From Paraphysomonas bandaiensis (taxonomy: Eukaryota > Protista > Chrysophyceae), in assembly GCA_965644295.1 (NCBI GenBank), contig CBFFRP010000432.1:248001-312000 (forward strand): a stretch of DNA of 64,000 nt, given 5' to 3'. Below the pieces are notes generated by a model. The model was given only the letters and a program-made list of their open reading frames with translations. It was not told where the DNA came from and searched no databases. Each line of letters opens with the position of its first letter. Position 1 is the stretch's first letter. Shown here piece by piece: positions 36,980 to 50,254 of the stretch. Made by a program: the position numbers and the translations under genes.

Positions 36980-39224
36980 TCAAAACCAGTCGTTCTGATG
37001 CATATTACATATTTGAGGATTCGATATAAGAAGCTCCGCTTGTGATAAAGTCTTTACAAGTTCTACATTGCTGAAATAGTCTAATGCTGAAATTTTTCCT
37101 AAATAGAAATTCTTATCGGAGTCTGTCAAGTCGTTGTTGCTATCTAACGCAGCCTGTGCGATAGTGCCTTGACGGAGCCACATCCATCCTACCAAGACAT
37201 GTCCAGTAAACGCCATGTATTCATCACTATGGGCTAACAACACTGCCGATGGTTGATCCTTGGATTGTTCCATAAGTGTGTGCGTTGTGCGAGTATGTAG
37301 TTCTAGTGCCTTTTCAACAGAGTCCGCATAACCACCTAAGACATCTGCCGCCTGCAGTCGGGCCTTTTCAATATCTTCACGGACGCATGCCTGAATACTC
37401 TGGTAAGCTGATCCACTCCGAGAAGATATCTTATTGGTTAGGAGATCGAAACCATGGAGATCATTTGACAATCCGCTTGCAGCGTGAATTCGACACTCTC
37501 TGATACATTCAAGACAACATATAAAGACAGTACGTTCACATATAACAACAGTAATACCTGTAAAACTTTTCGACCATATTATTACTAACCACTCCCATCC
37601 CTTCGAATATATTCATGGACAAGCGACAACTCTTCATGCTCCACTCAGTGCACCATGATTTAACTATGGGAGAGAGTACGTTAACCATCGCCATTAACTC
37701 ATCGCGGTTAAATTTGTTTTGGCTGTCATTCGATGCAATATCTAGCAGGTACGCACAATACACACAGAGCGCCAGACCACCCTCTGAATATGCCTTTTGC
37801 GCCAATAACATACGTTTCACATTAGGACGTCCTATCGAAGGTTTCCTATGTAATCTGGGATCCTCAGGTGACTGTGGCAGCCAAACTTCTTCTCTTTCGA
37901 TCTCGTACGTGTCATACACATCCTCATACCAACCCCCACGTTTATCATACTCTAAAGTCTCTACTAAATTATATTCAGTTGGATTACGAGCATACTCAAG
38001 AGAGTGATTGTATGCTGCAATCGCGCAAGAAACTGCAGAAAACCCAAGTTGAATGTTATTGGAGGTGAGGAAGTACTGAATTCCGGTAATGCCTTCATTC
38101 TCTCGTCCAAGGAGGTAAGCAATAGACCCTCGAGTTCCTGAACCACCAAACTCAATATCCGCATACGTACAACCCGAAGAGCCCACATTGTGCAGATTGC
38201 GGACAACCACATCGTTCGGTTCAGGTTCATTAGTGATGTATTTTCCTTTCTCAAACGCTTGCTCCAGCGTCAGTTGTAGCCTGACCTTCTTCGGGACCAC
38301 GAATAATGAAATACCATTGACGCCGTCAGGAGAGTTAGGTAAACGTGCCGAGACAATATAAAACTATATAGCAGCAAGTGACACAGGAGTACGAACATAG
38401 AAATGCGCTTACAATATTGTCACCAAGGTCGTGTGCACCCCCGTGAACGCATGTTTTGATACCTTTCAGACGATACACTTTGTCCTCAGGAATAAACTCG
38501 GCCCGACATCTGAACCAAACTATAAAAAGAAATATAACAATGCAATGTCTCAACGTACTGTATATCCGTTACAGAGGAATTAGAATGGTTTTCTGACAGG
38601 CAAACAGCACCATGAGAACTTCCGATAGCAATGTCGTTGATCAATTTACTCTTGTACGAAATGTTGGGGTAGAAGTCGAGAAGCCTAACAACGGCATGAG
38701 TCATACTGCTATATGCCCCTGCTAAGCTGTTCTCCGCAGTCGCAAAAGAGGTTCTAGCAAGTGCAGCAATATGGGAAGGAACTTGAGCTCCACCGCTGCC
38801 AAATTCTATATCAAGACCTGCGGTACCGAGATCCCAAAAACGATTCAAAGCTTCTTTTTGCTCTTCCATGTGAACAAACTTCGACTTATCATCTAAGTGA
38901 GGTGGAGTAGGATTGAAATTCTGCATACCATATTCAATATGCAGTTACACAGGCTAAGATAGTCCCTACCTTTTGCAGTGGGATGAAGAAGTCTTGAGTA
39001 ACTGACCAGGATGACTGAAGAATTTTCACAAAGAAATGTGGCTCCTGTCCCTCATACCTCTCAATATTCTCCAGAAGAAAGTTTGTATCGACGAGTTCCA
39101 TTCCCATGAATGTGAGCTCTTTCTGTTTGATGACTACACCGCTCGTTGCATTGTTGAACCACCTACATATATGCGTCTGCAGGTATCCTGCACTATGCCT
39201 TCTTATTCTCAATGCAGATAGCAT
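36980..39224 (-). CDS. Acyl-CoA dehydrogenase-fold protein (FadE5/DmdC-like architecture), predicted mitochondrial, catalytic motif degenerate
   Basis: Presequence-like MLSALRIRRHSAGY. Blocks AVCLSE, LKGIKTCVHGGAHDLGDNI, VKRMLLAQKAYSEGGLAL, PIVKSWCTE and C-terminal GHVLVGWMWLRQ...FYLGK. Confidence 0.88.
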
Positions 39225-39857
39225 GTTAAAGTCCAAAAGTCATATATGGGTTTATCAAGTTTAAGATAGAACTCACTGCACCGTGCAGTGCAATTCATAC
39301 CATGAATATATGCGCTGATGTGTACTGCACCAGACTACAGTGTACCGTATACTATTCCTACTATGTATCGTATGCCGTTGTATACTATACTGTAATACCG
39401 TGGAATACCAGCTGAAATACTGTCATATATGTACGTGGTTCTACATAGCAGAAGTCTAAACGTACGCACAGCAGGGCCCATCAATAAATCTATCCCTGGA
39501 ATCCCAGCAAGCTGTAGAGGTATGTACAGCACGGAGTACGGTTTATGTTCTGATACTCGTAGTACAGACGAGAAAAAAGGTACATGAAACCCCAACTCAA
39601 CACACGATGCTCCCCACTGCTGTACATACACATACATAAACCCCCAGCCCATATATGAGAAGGTCCCACTCATGTAGATATGATACAATCAGAATGACAA
39701 ACCCATTGAAAGAAATGAATTGAATATTCCTTATCACAGTATCATGAGAGGTAATCTATTCTATCTTATCATATGAAGGGATAGATAAGAGCGATTGTAT
39801 TGTATTGTATATAGATATCATCCATTAACTAGTAGATTGTTAGATTGCTGTACGATA

Positions 39858-42800
39858 ATGATACAGCTGTGTCAAAATAACGGAACAAAAATACGATCTG
39901 ATCTCTTTATCAGCTTCCTTCTTGTACTGGGCTGTGTTTTGGCTCTAGTTCTTCAACTCAGTCCTCTCAGCAGCTTCACTACGAGTTTGTTCGAGGCCTA
40001 TAATCTCGACACCATTAAATATGTAGTGGCATGTCCTCTCATTACTTCTATCCCGTTGATATATAATGTGCTAGTATGTGCTGTAAATGGGAAGTCAAAT
40101 GATCACCATATTTATATATATATGATTTTGGTGGCAGTGTTGTGTGATGTGGTACTTCTCACATTCGCTGTATCCAAAATGGTTGTTTTCTGTTACGTAT
40201 TCCGTGAGATCAGTATTATACTCGGTCTTCTAGGGTTACTCTGCGCACTTCGGGACAATTCTGTTGTTAACTTATCCATTTTTCTTTGCGGCATCTTGTG
40301 GCTAGCCGTCACTGTAGTAGGCACTTCTTTGGTGACCAGGTATAGAGACAATCAGGCTCTTTATTCCATTCCATATTGCATGTTATCGATATCATTCGCA
40401 ATGGCAATATGGGATAATATACGATGCATTCAGCAGCTATCGAAATCAAAAAGCATTCCACAGCACACACTCTCCTCCAAGAAAGAGCTCTCCTGGGTAC
40501 TATTGCTCCTTATACTACTGCAGATGTTGTCGTTTGCCTATGGCTTTCACGCTATGGAATTGAGTTTTAGTACACACGTTATAGAGCACCACTACATGTT
40601 TTTGTTTACGCTTGTTGTTGTGAACATATATTCGGTGCTTACATCACGTTATGATGTTGAGGTGAGTTCGAGATATACTTAGTGGTGTTTTAGATTATTT
40701 TGTGTGGTACAGGTTGCGCTCGTCGAACAGAAAATATTTATGAGGAATCTTTCTCATGAGATTCGGACTCCTCTAAATGCTGCGTTTGTAGGCCTGCAGC
40801 TGATGAAAGAATCAATTGTGAGTAAAAACCAGAATCAAACTGTCATTCGTAGCACTCCTTCGATGGATGGCGATTGGCAGGAGAACTTTCAGCCTCAACG
40901 CCCTCCCCGAAGTGCTTCGAGTCATCTGGAAGAAAGTTACACACGTCTAATGGTTGATAGCATGTGTGTCCCAACTGCCAATAGTAGACGAAACTCCCGA
41001 ACTTCGGAAGGGCAAGGGGGAGAGTTCACTTCGCGCAGCAGAGAAAACAGCGTTCGGGAGAGAGTGGAGCAGGTCTCGGGACGTCGCGTCTCTAGTATAC
41101 TTTCCTTCGACAACGACGCTGCTTCGAGAGTTAGCTCCACGCGACTGTCTGCTGGTTCAGATGAATGTTCAGCGCACCTGCGCCAGTTTCACGTTAACAC
41201 GTCTGTTGACTCGTCGAGATTAAAAGGCACTGACTCCCGATATTCCGACTATATCGATGATATCATGGCATCGTGTGATATTGCCCTAGAAGTACTCAAT
41301 GAAATGCTTATGTTCGACAAGCTGAATGCCGGCACAATGACAATGGAATTTGTAGTAGCTGATGCAGTTAGTGTTGTGCACACTGCACTGAGCCCGCTAA
41401 AAATATCGGTATGTTGTTGGCACGACATCCACGTATTAAACATCTCTACACCAAGCTGTTTTCTTCATACTTCTATTTGCAATGAGTCGCATTACATCGT
41501 TTTAGAGTTCTTAACATGTCATAAGTGTTCTTTAATCGTGTACTATTTACAGGCAACACATAAGCATATTCGATTAGTGTTACCGGATGTGTCTGAGATG
41601 TCGCCAACTGTCCGAGACCACCTTTCTCTCTGTCGAGTAATAGTGGACACACACAAAATCTCTAAAGTTCTGAGAAATTTTGTTTCGAATGCCATCAAGT
41701 TTACACCACCGCAAGGGCATGTATTGGTGGACATCGGGTTTGAAAAGGATACGGATGCAGCTCGGGAAAATGAGAGAATGAGGAATCACATCTGCACTCC
41801 GAGGAGAGAAATAATGAAGGTGGCGGCTGATAACAACTTAGTGCGGGATGGTTATTTGAGAATTTCTGTGACAGATTCAGGAGTAGGCATATCTCAGGTG
41901 GGTATTCCACTCATGCCCCTCTGTTATGCAATTTATTAGTTTGTCGCTGATTGTGTTTTACAATTGAAGGATGACTTGAATTTGCTGTTCAACCAAGTTA
42001 TACAAATTAAACCTGGTCAGTATCAAGGGGGGGAGGGGTCTGGCCTGGGTCTGCTGAGTAAGTGATTTTCCTATGTCAGCTGTCGCATTTCTTATATTCT
42101 TCTTTTTTCCTTTGTGCCATAGTATCTGGTGAGTTGGTCTTAATGCACAGTGGCATATATGCTGTCAAGTCTGACGGTGAAGGCACTGGGTCTACTTTTA
42201 CGGTATATCTCCCTCTTTTCATACCACCACGCCGAATCTCTTCTTCGAGCGAAAAATCTGAATCATCATTTTGCGTCAGCGGGGGACTGGCGACTAGGAT
42301 GAAGCCAGCCGCTGCTATTGCACCGGTGAAGACCAGCAGTGTAAGCGTGTGGTCAAATGTGAATGAGAGCTTCAGAAGGCCACCGTTGGATACAATTCCC
42401 TCAGACCGGAACCTTCACACTGCCTCTGATATGCGAGCAGCTAGTGGCGGATATGACTCGGATGATGTGGAGGCACATTCTCATGATGGAAAGCGGAATA
42501 TGGAGCTCCGACGCGTTTTAGTTGTAGACGACACAGCGTCGAATAGAAAAATACTACGACGTTTGTTGGGTTCAAGGAGCGCGTGCAGTATAGTGGAAGC
42601 AGTATCTGGCACCGAAGCTATTAGTATTGTCAGAAACGTGCTAAGGATACGCAGAGAATCTCTGACATCCCAAGAAACAACTTATTCTTTTACACGACCA
42701 CGGGATAATACATATGTTTCTTCATCGGGAAGTGACGAATACGAGCTTTTCGATATGGTAATTTTGGATTACGAAATGCAGGATTTAAATGGTCCTAGTA

Positions 42801-43041
42801 CGGCACAAAAAATGAGGAATGAGGGGTACACAAATATAATAATAGGTGTAACAGGATATACGGATGAAGAGAAGCACAAGAGGTTTCTAGACATGGGTGC
42901 GGATGCAGTTCTCGTGAAACCACTCAATTTGAAGGATTTTGACAGTATTGTCACGAGTATGTATTGTGTGATCATTTTACACTCATTACGTAACTTTTTT
43001 TCTTTCCAGAATTGTTGAGCGTGAAAACTATAAATCGCTAG
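39858..43041 (+). CDS. Multi-TM hybrid sensor histidine kinase (HisKA-HATPase-REC), multi-exon
   Basis: Hydrophobic N-terminal exon. H-box LSHEIRTPLN, N-box RNFVSNAIKFT, G1 VTDSGVGI, G2 GEGSGLGL, receiver VLVVDD...ILDYEMQDLNG...KP. Confidence 0.93.
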
Positions 43042-43359
43042 GATTATACTGCGGCTCTTTCAATACGCGAGTTTATGAATTATGTTTGATTTGCTAGCAA
43101 ACATTGTTTTGTTTTATGTTAATGTTACCTCGTTTTCTAAATATGTAATTTGTACTTGACAATATTGACTTTTGAACTTTTTGTTGGTTTAGATCGTTAA
43201 AAAAAGTTATGTCGTTAAACTAGGTAGATTATAATCATTTCGTAGGTAATTGTGCGTAAAACATATCAACAACATAATTTTATATTACTTTCATATCTAC
43301 CACCTGATCAGCTTCAGTATCTTGAATCGTCATGATAGTTCAGTTTCACAGTCATAGCA

Positions 43360-44740
43360 GTGAATATCTTATTAGCAATAGGCTTTTAAGAGTCCATGCT
43401 TAACTCTGGTATCCTAACCGCAAGCACCATGGTGCAACCACTTTCGCTCTATCACTCAAATCAAACGCAGTGAGCAAGCAGAATGTTGATATACCTGACA
43501 TCTATCATTCCAGAGTGCGCTTGACTCTATTCGTTTTTGATTATGCTGTCATTGGTTCTTATACGAAATTTATATTGTTATATATTATGACTTCAGGATG
43601 TTTGAGTCCTTAAGGTAATAAGCAGCCAGGCCGCATGACTTCAGCAGACAGCCCAATCCCCCGGATGCCGTTGAGGTGGGATCATTCCCGGATGTCTGAT
43701 TATTCGTCAAGGACCAAAGATGTCTACACAAGCAATGAGTGGGCGGAACGATATCTGCTGACTATATATGCGGCTCACGTTCGTTTCCTAGAGAATTATA
43801 TCGTATAGTTATATAATATATGACTGTGTATGTGTATGAGCACCGCAGCAGATGAAACGCATTGGTAAGAGTTTGATGCCTGATCCAACTGATGTCTGAT
43901 GTTATAGATTGGTATAGTATAAGTACTGTTGCTGATATGCTTGCTGTCGTGGTGATTAGTTTACGCGGAGATAAACAAGCATACCAGCATTTGTGATTCG
44001 TAATATCGTATTCTCATATAGCTGCATTTGCCTCTCTTGAGATTGCAAACGCTCCAACCGAATAGCCTGATTTTGGATACATATTGAATACGCATATAAC
44101 TATCTTCACCACTACTACTTACATATAGTATTAGTACCTATGCTCGGAGACGACGCGGCAACAGCCGTTGGGGACACATTAATTGAAGGTGGAGGATCAC
44201 AAACAGGCTCTGGTATTACCTCGACTTGTAGGGAATTACACTATTATACAGGAGCGCATATATACTCTGATATCCCTCAACAAAGTCGGACTCGCACCTT
44301 TTCGTGGTGTTCTGGGGGATAAGTACCGGAGAGATTCTCTCTGGGAAACTAACGTGAGCAGCATATATATAGTCAGCAGATATTCTTTTGCCCACTCATA
44401 GCCGAATGCTTGTGTGGTAAAAGGGACACCAATAAGTGTCACTTGTGTAGACGTCTTTGGGCCCTGACGAATAAACAGACATCCGGGAATGGGCCCACCT
44501 GAAGGGTAACCGGGGTATTGGGATGTTCACCTTAAGAACTCAGAGCGTAAGTGGTCGCACATTGGTGCTTGCGGCGACGCACAAGCAGCTTCCGTAGCGT
44601 TAAATAGTAGGATAAAAAAGTGTGCACTGATTAGTTACAGGTAGAGGTCTAACTAGCTTGTCTAGCATTCATCATTCATCTAGCTACTAAGTTGGTGCAG
44701 GTTTTTAACGCCTATTGCTGATAATAAGACTTTCAATACA
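43360..44740. repeat. Two diverged copies of a dispersed repeat family in inverted orientation (arms ~43360-43800 and ~44335-44740)
   Basis: For example CCGCAAGCACCATGGTGCAACCACTTTCGCTCT (~43418) vs the reverse complement of 44542-44575, and CATTCCCGGATGTCTGATTATTCGTCA...GTCTACACAAG vs the reverse complement of 44442-44492. Confidence 0.85.
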
Positions 44741-44994
44741 TTCTCTGATAGCTGCAGCTATAATAATTATAATACCATATTGTTTACCTGTAATTGGTTA
44801 AACATAACAACGTTACGTTTAGTATCTACTATCCACCAACAAAACCTGGTAAAATCACTTTACCAGGTTTGGGCATCACATCGACTAAAGTAATTATTCA
44901 TGTCTGGATAATATCATGATCTAACGATCTAATTACAGTATATTATATATAGCAATAGACTCTGTTGATTGTGTGTTGAATAAATCACGCGCAG

Positions 44995-45150
44995 ATTCTG
45001 TTGCCACCTCACACGTATTTGTCTTCGCCGATTCTACCAAAGCCATGTTCACCTTCCCATCACCTAACAAAGATTACGCGGAGCTTGTTGTGACCATGCA
45101 TGACTCAGTATAGATCTAGCCCCATTCTCTCCCAGAATGTGCGGGGCTTC
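44995..45150 (+). repeat. Dispersed repeat fragment shared with ~61970-62225
   Basis: Shared CCATCACC(T/A)AACAAAGATTACGCGGAGCTT...CATGCATGAC(T/A)CAGTATAG and flanking blocks. Confidence 0.8.
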
Positions 45151-45235
45151 TCGTTAGTTACGTTCACTGCAATGTCTAACTCTAGCACAGACAAAATTTT
45201 GGCGGAAAAAACTGCATTTTATGCAATACTCAATA

Positions 45236-47503
45236 TTAATCACTTATCTCTTCTGCAATTATATTTTGAAACTTCTTTCCATAGTAAGCTACGGTCATTT
45301 TCGGCTTATCGTATAAATGCATCTTCTCAATTCTACATGGAAGACCTATACTAGCTGCGATATCATGTAGTTTTTTGATGGGGGTATGTTTCGGAACAAT
45401 AAATACGATATGATCACAAACTTCGGCCGCTAAAGCCACAAGCTCACTCCCGCAGCCACTTGTTATCATTGTGTCTATATCAAAGTGCTTGGAGGAGGTG
45501 TAGTCTATTCCACCCCACGGAGGGGCCAACAGAATCACATTCACAAGTGTGCCCTAAGTATATGGGAGGGCTCAAATTAACTTCCCCACATCGACCCATT
45601 GTACTCACCTGTCGTGCGAGGCCAGCAAGAACCTGATATGCGTCAGCGTGAAGCGCTTCGATTTTACTTGAGGCACCATACACACGGGCATTGTTTATCA
45701 TCATATCGATCTTTTGCTTGTCAATATCGACCGCCCATACGAGGTCTACCACCTGGGCAATCGCCACTGTATTTCCTCCCACCCCACTGCAACACGACAG
45801 CTGACATGAGTGCTAACATATGTGATATACAATGGTTGATATAAACAGTAATATGAAAAGCAGTGTACACCCGATTATAATTAGCAATCACATATTATTT
45901 CAATCTACTGCAGAAACAATGTCGCACCAGAAGCAGTCCAGTACTGTTATTGATCTGGTCTCATCATCCGAGAGACAGAGCTTAATCTTTTTCGCTATAT
46001 CGACAGCAATAGCCTCTGGAGTTACCTAGCGTATATACATGATGACTGATACAAGTATATTGCAAATAGATATTACTACAAATCACAGATTTCTTTTATG
46101 TAGATTTGACCGAAAATATCTTAAATAATGCCTGAATAGCTTACCGAAAACCAACTTTCTTCATCTAGTTGAATTCCTTCGTCATACTTGGAAAAGAGCC
46201 TGAACCGTTGATCATAGTACTTACTATGTGGTCCGTATCCGGATGTGCGGGACAGTGTATCGTAAACAACCAGCTGCTGAACCTAGTGACAACACTCCAG
46301 TCAGCATTCGCACAAACAGATACATATACGAAGTATGGTTTGCCAGTGGCAATAAGTAGCCTCCGACTAGATATACAAATACGATACGCCACAACTTTCA
46401 CACAACATGTATACGCAGTGACACTACAGTGAGAAATAGTGCATACGACACATCCGTACTCACAAATAATTAAAGACACAATACACACACCACCCTTCAC
46501 ACAATACTATAATACACTGTAAACTTCGCATGTCATCTTTGATAGAAGAGAATGTATTATTATGCACCATGAAACCACGGGTTCTATACCTCCTCGTGTC
46601 GATCCTGAGGAACGTCAAGCAGCTCAGTTGACCTTTTGACCTGAGATAGAAGCATTCAACACATAATTTTATACAATTTCATGATGTAGTGTGCTGTACA
46701 ACACAATATGTGACCAAAAAGTGGGTAACAAAAACGTAAAACTAGCTTGCAATCTTTAACACCTGTGCATATGTCCCATATCCCAAAAAATTCACCACTG
46801 CATACTGCTCTGTGGGAGTGGATGCCGAACCTACCCCCACAACTCTACAGGGATAATACATACCGTCACCCTAAACGTGTGAATTCATGAGTACTACCAT
46901 TGGCAATCAAATCCACCACTGTAAACCTGATTGAAAGCCATGAACATATTGTGTTCGCTGCGGGTTTCAGAGAAACGTGTAACTCTTTCGACTGAATCAA
47001 ACGTACGTTTCTTTTTATTAGTTTTCTTTGTTTTTGTTTTATCGCCAGTATACTTGTGCATTCCACTACTACCAAAGCTAAGAGGTAAGCCTGAGGACTC
47101 GTCTATTGTCAACCTGATGCAACATCCCCACATGAGTAACAGGAGAGTGATATATATAGAATACATAACTTACTCTTCAGACTCCCAATAGAGCTCATTA
47201 TCAGCTAGAGAGGACCCGTACACACCATCTAAGGGATGGATAAGATGAAGAATAGACAGTTGAAGGATCTACCTGAGGCTGTGACGGATATTCGCTCCAC
47301 AGTGTTCCATAGGGTCTCTCTAACAGTCATATGAACCTGTAATAATAACATATAGTAGCTTATAATGCATATATACACAGTAATTCATAGTGATAGATAA
47401 GCCTTCTGTAACACTCATATTCACGTACCACAATAGAAGACGGGTACGGATCATACAGGTACACATCAATCAACTTCGACTTCGACTTCGTATTCGAGTT
47501 CAT
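45236..47503 (-). CDS. TGS1: Trimethylguanosine synthase (RNA cap guanine-N2 methyltransferase) with N-terminal Tudor-like domain, multi-exon
   Basis: KYYDQRFRLFSKYDEGIQLDEESWFS|VTPEAIA, CSGVGGNTVAIA and LLAPPWGGIDY are TGS1 hallmarks. Upstream exons splice in frame back to ATG 47503 (MNSNTKSKSKL...). Confidence 0.92.
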
Positions 47504-48149
47504 TATATATGTAGACTACCCCGTATATACCAGTGAAGTCACAGGTACAGATAGCAACAGCCCCAACAGATAGAGTGGTGGAAATGAGGGGTATGCGGTA
47601 TGTGGATGTGATATTTGGTGCATTACAGGACCGCTCGTATCATTACATACACTACCTTACCTGGTCCGTAGTTTGTACATCAGTACAGGAACTGTTGTGT
47701 GTGCACCTATACACAGGTGGACTACTTTGTACATGATTTCTAGTATGGAATCGGTATTATTGGGAATACTCCAGTTTTTTTTTGGTTTTCAGTTCAAGTT
47801 TCTGCTGTTTTCAGTAGGAATTCCTACATATCTATAGCACTGCAGACTGGAAATGCACAGAAACACTCGGCCATATCCACATGTCCATATAGATATCTAG
47901 ATGCATATGATCTCATAACTTTATTGCATATACAGTTTATAAACCGTAGCTACTTTAAACCTTTAGTGTTGCACAGTTTTAGCTCTCAAAACCTACAGTT
48001 GATAATATCATGAATCTTTCTGCGAAACATCATAACTTGACACATCTTACGTTAATCGACATACCGTAGCGAGAACACCATGATCATCTGACGCCCACAG
48101 CAAGAGATCGGACGAACGACACACCAGAAACCACAAAGCCCTACCCCTG

Positions 48150-48440
48150 GGGCTGAGCCCTTCAGACTGCTATACATTTCCTCTTGGAACACCAGAGTTT
48201 TGAACGCTGGGGTAGGTATGCGGCGGAGTAGATAGCAGATCACACTTACTCTTATTACCTGTATTGTACACTCTAGCATGTAGCGATAGTTGCCATGAAT
48301 ATATCTGCTGGAGTCTAGACGTAATGATCACACCAATATCTCCATTCAAAATCACATGCCATCCACCGTCGTGGACAATTATCTACCCTATGGATTCTCA
48401 CCTACTACCCCTAAACAGCTTGATAAATATCTTATTTGGC
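48150..48440 (+). mobile_element. Possible decayed LINE APE-endonuclease fragment
   Basis: Reads LLYISSWNTRVLN (cf. APE motif I, SWNVRGLN) and later TVVDNYLPYG (cf. vnvYlP). Stops and frame changes in between. Confidence 0.45.
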
Positions 48441-48611
48441 TACACTTTAATTCAACACAGTTTTTTCTAAACGTAAACGTTACTTTTATAGAATGCGACA
48501 ACAAAATTATTTTAATATCTAATAATAGGGTACTTATACTCTCTTAGAAACGCAATCTTCAATTTAACATTATATGTTCTGCACACCCTATCACAATCAT
48601 ACTACACTTAT

Positions 48612-50254
48612 TTACGATGGATACATTACTGGCTTCAAGCAGCCATCCAACTTCTTATCAAATATTTCGTACAAATTGCACGCATCTGACAATTTCATTT
48701 TATGAGTAATTATATCTGTCAAGCGCACTCCCTGATTAGATGTACTTACAGTGGCCTCCGTATCTCTGAGCCACCGTAGTATAAACTCAGATGCGGGCAT
48801 GAGAGACCTGGCAGGGCATCGACCACTTCGATATGTAATATTTTTATCATACGCATCAGATGGAGTGAAAGGAAACTGCCCGGAGTGAACACCAATCGAT
48901 GATACACTCCCTCCCGGACATGTAATGTTGAAAGCCAATTCCAATGCACTTGATGTGCCCACACATTCCATTACAGCATCAACCCCCTGTCCGGACCGCT
49001 GCCTCTCCCTTGATGCGGCGCATAAAGTGTCTTCAATTTCTTGAACTGTCAAACCGTTGCTATCCTCATCGTGGGGGGACTTCAGCTTTAGTGGAGTGGC
49101 TCCCCATCTTTCTGCAGCCTCAAGGCGCGCAGGTACAGTATCCACAGCATATATCAATATATCATCTGTCGGTACACCTCGTAGCATCAAAAGTGCTCGA
49201 GAAACTGCGATGGTCAGCAGGCCGACTGGACCACAGCCAACAACAGCATAAATCTAAAACAGGGTACAATTTACATGCGAACGTATATCATTGCGCTATT
49301 TGTCAAAACTACACAGCATGCTATCATATACATGTAACAATTCTACGTTCTATGCGAACCTCGTTAGATGTACAAGGAGTGCATGGAACACTATGGTCAC
49401 CAGATGCTAATTTCAGTACGCTGCTTACGGCATCTCCTGAAAGATCCCATCCAGCTAGACCGGCCTGTTGAATAAATAAGTCAAAGTAGATGTATGTCGA
49501 ATAGAACAATCTGGACACAGATAGTGTGTGACATGTACTACGCACCTGGCACGCTGCATATAGAGCAGTAGATAGTATATCTCCTAATAGCAATGATTCC
49601 TCGGCTGTAAAGTCCGCAGGACATTTATACATTGTACCAGTTGCACATGGAATGCGTACGTATTCACTCTGTGGGAGTAGTCAGATAAATCTCACGAGCA
49701 CAAAGTACAATGTATTTCAACACAGAAGCTCTACTGAAATCAAGTAACATTAATATCACGAGGAAAGTACCTGAGCACCATGCAAGCCCTCGCCCTTATC
49801 ATTTCTCCACCCTTGTAAAGGTTACGTTAAAATGAAACGAAAGCACAGACAATACCAAAGCAAACATTGTAAAGCAATATCATAAAATAATATATTGCAA
49901 AATCATACCAAGTAGCTGGGCATTAGAACATCTTGCAGATAACTGCCTTTTACAATAAAAGCAATTCCCACACGCAACAGTGAACGGCACAACCACTCGA
50001 TCACCGATACAGAAGCCCTCCACATCAGTTCCCAACGCCACAATTTCGCCCACACATTCATGTCCAAAGACTGTTCCTGGCGCACACGGTTCTCGCCCAT
50101 GAAAAGGATGTAAATCACTCCCACATACACCACAGACGACCATTCTGAGCACTGCATCAGAGGGATCCTGAATAGTTGGCATTGGAACATCTCCATATCG
50201 TATAGAGTGCACCGCATCAAATATCACAGCCTTACAAGTTCGTGACGACTCCAT
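48612..50254 (-). CDS. Zinc-dependent medium-chain alcohol dehydrogenase (formaldehyde-DH/YbdR-like), multi-exon
   Basis: CGVCGSDLH, GHECVGE, structural Zn CGNCFYC...C, LLLGDILSTA, and Rossmann VVGCGPVGLL. Confidence 0.93.

Noticed and set aside
46283-46589. Unusually long TGS1 intron as a snoRNA host
   Set aside because: No convincing C/D box pair with a terminal stem, and no H/ACA fold seen.
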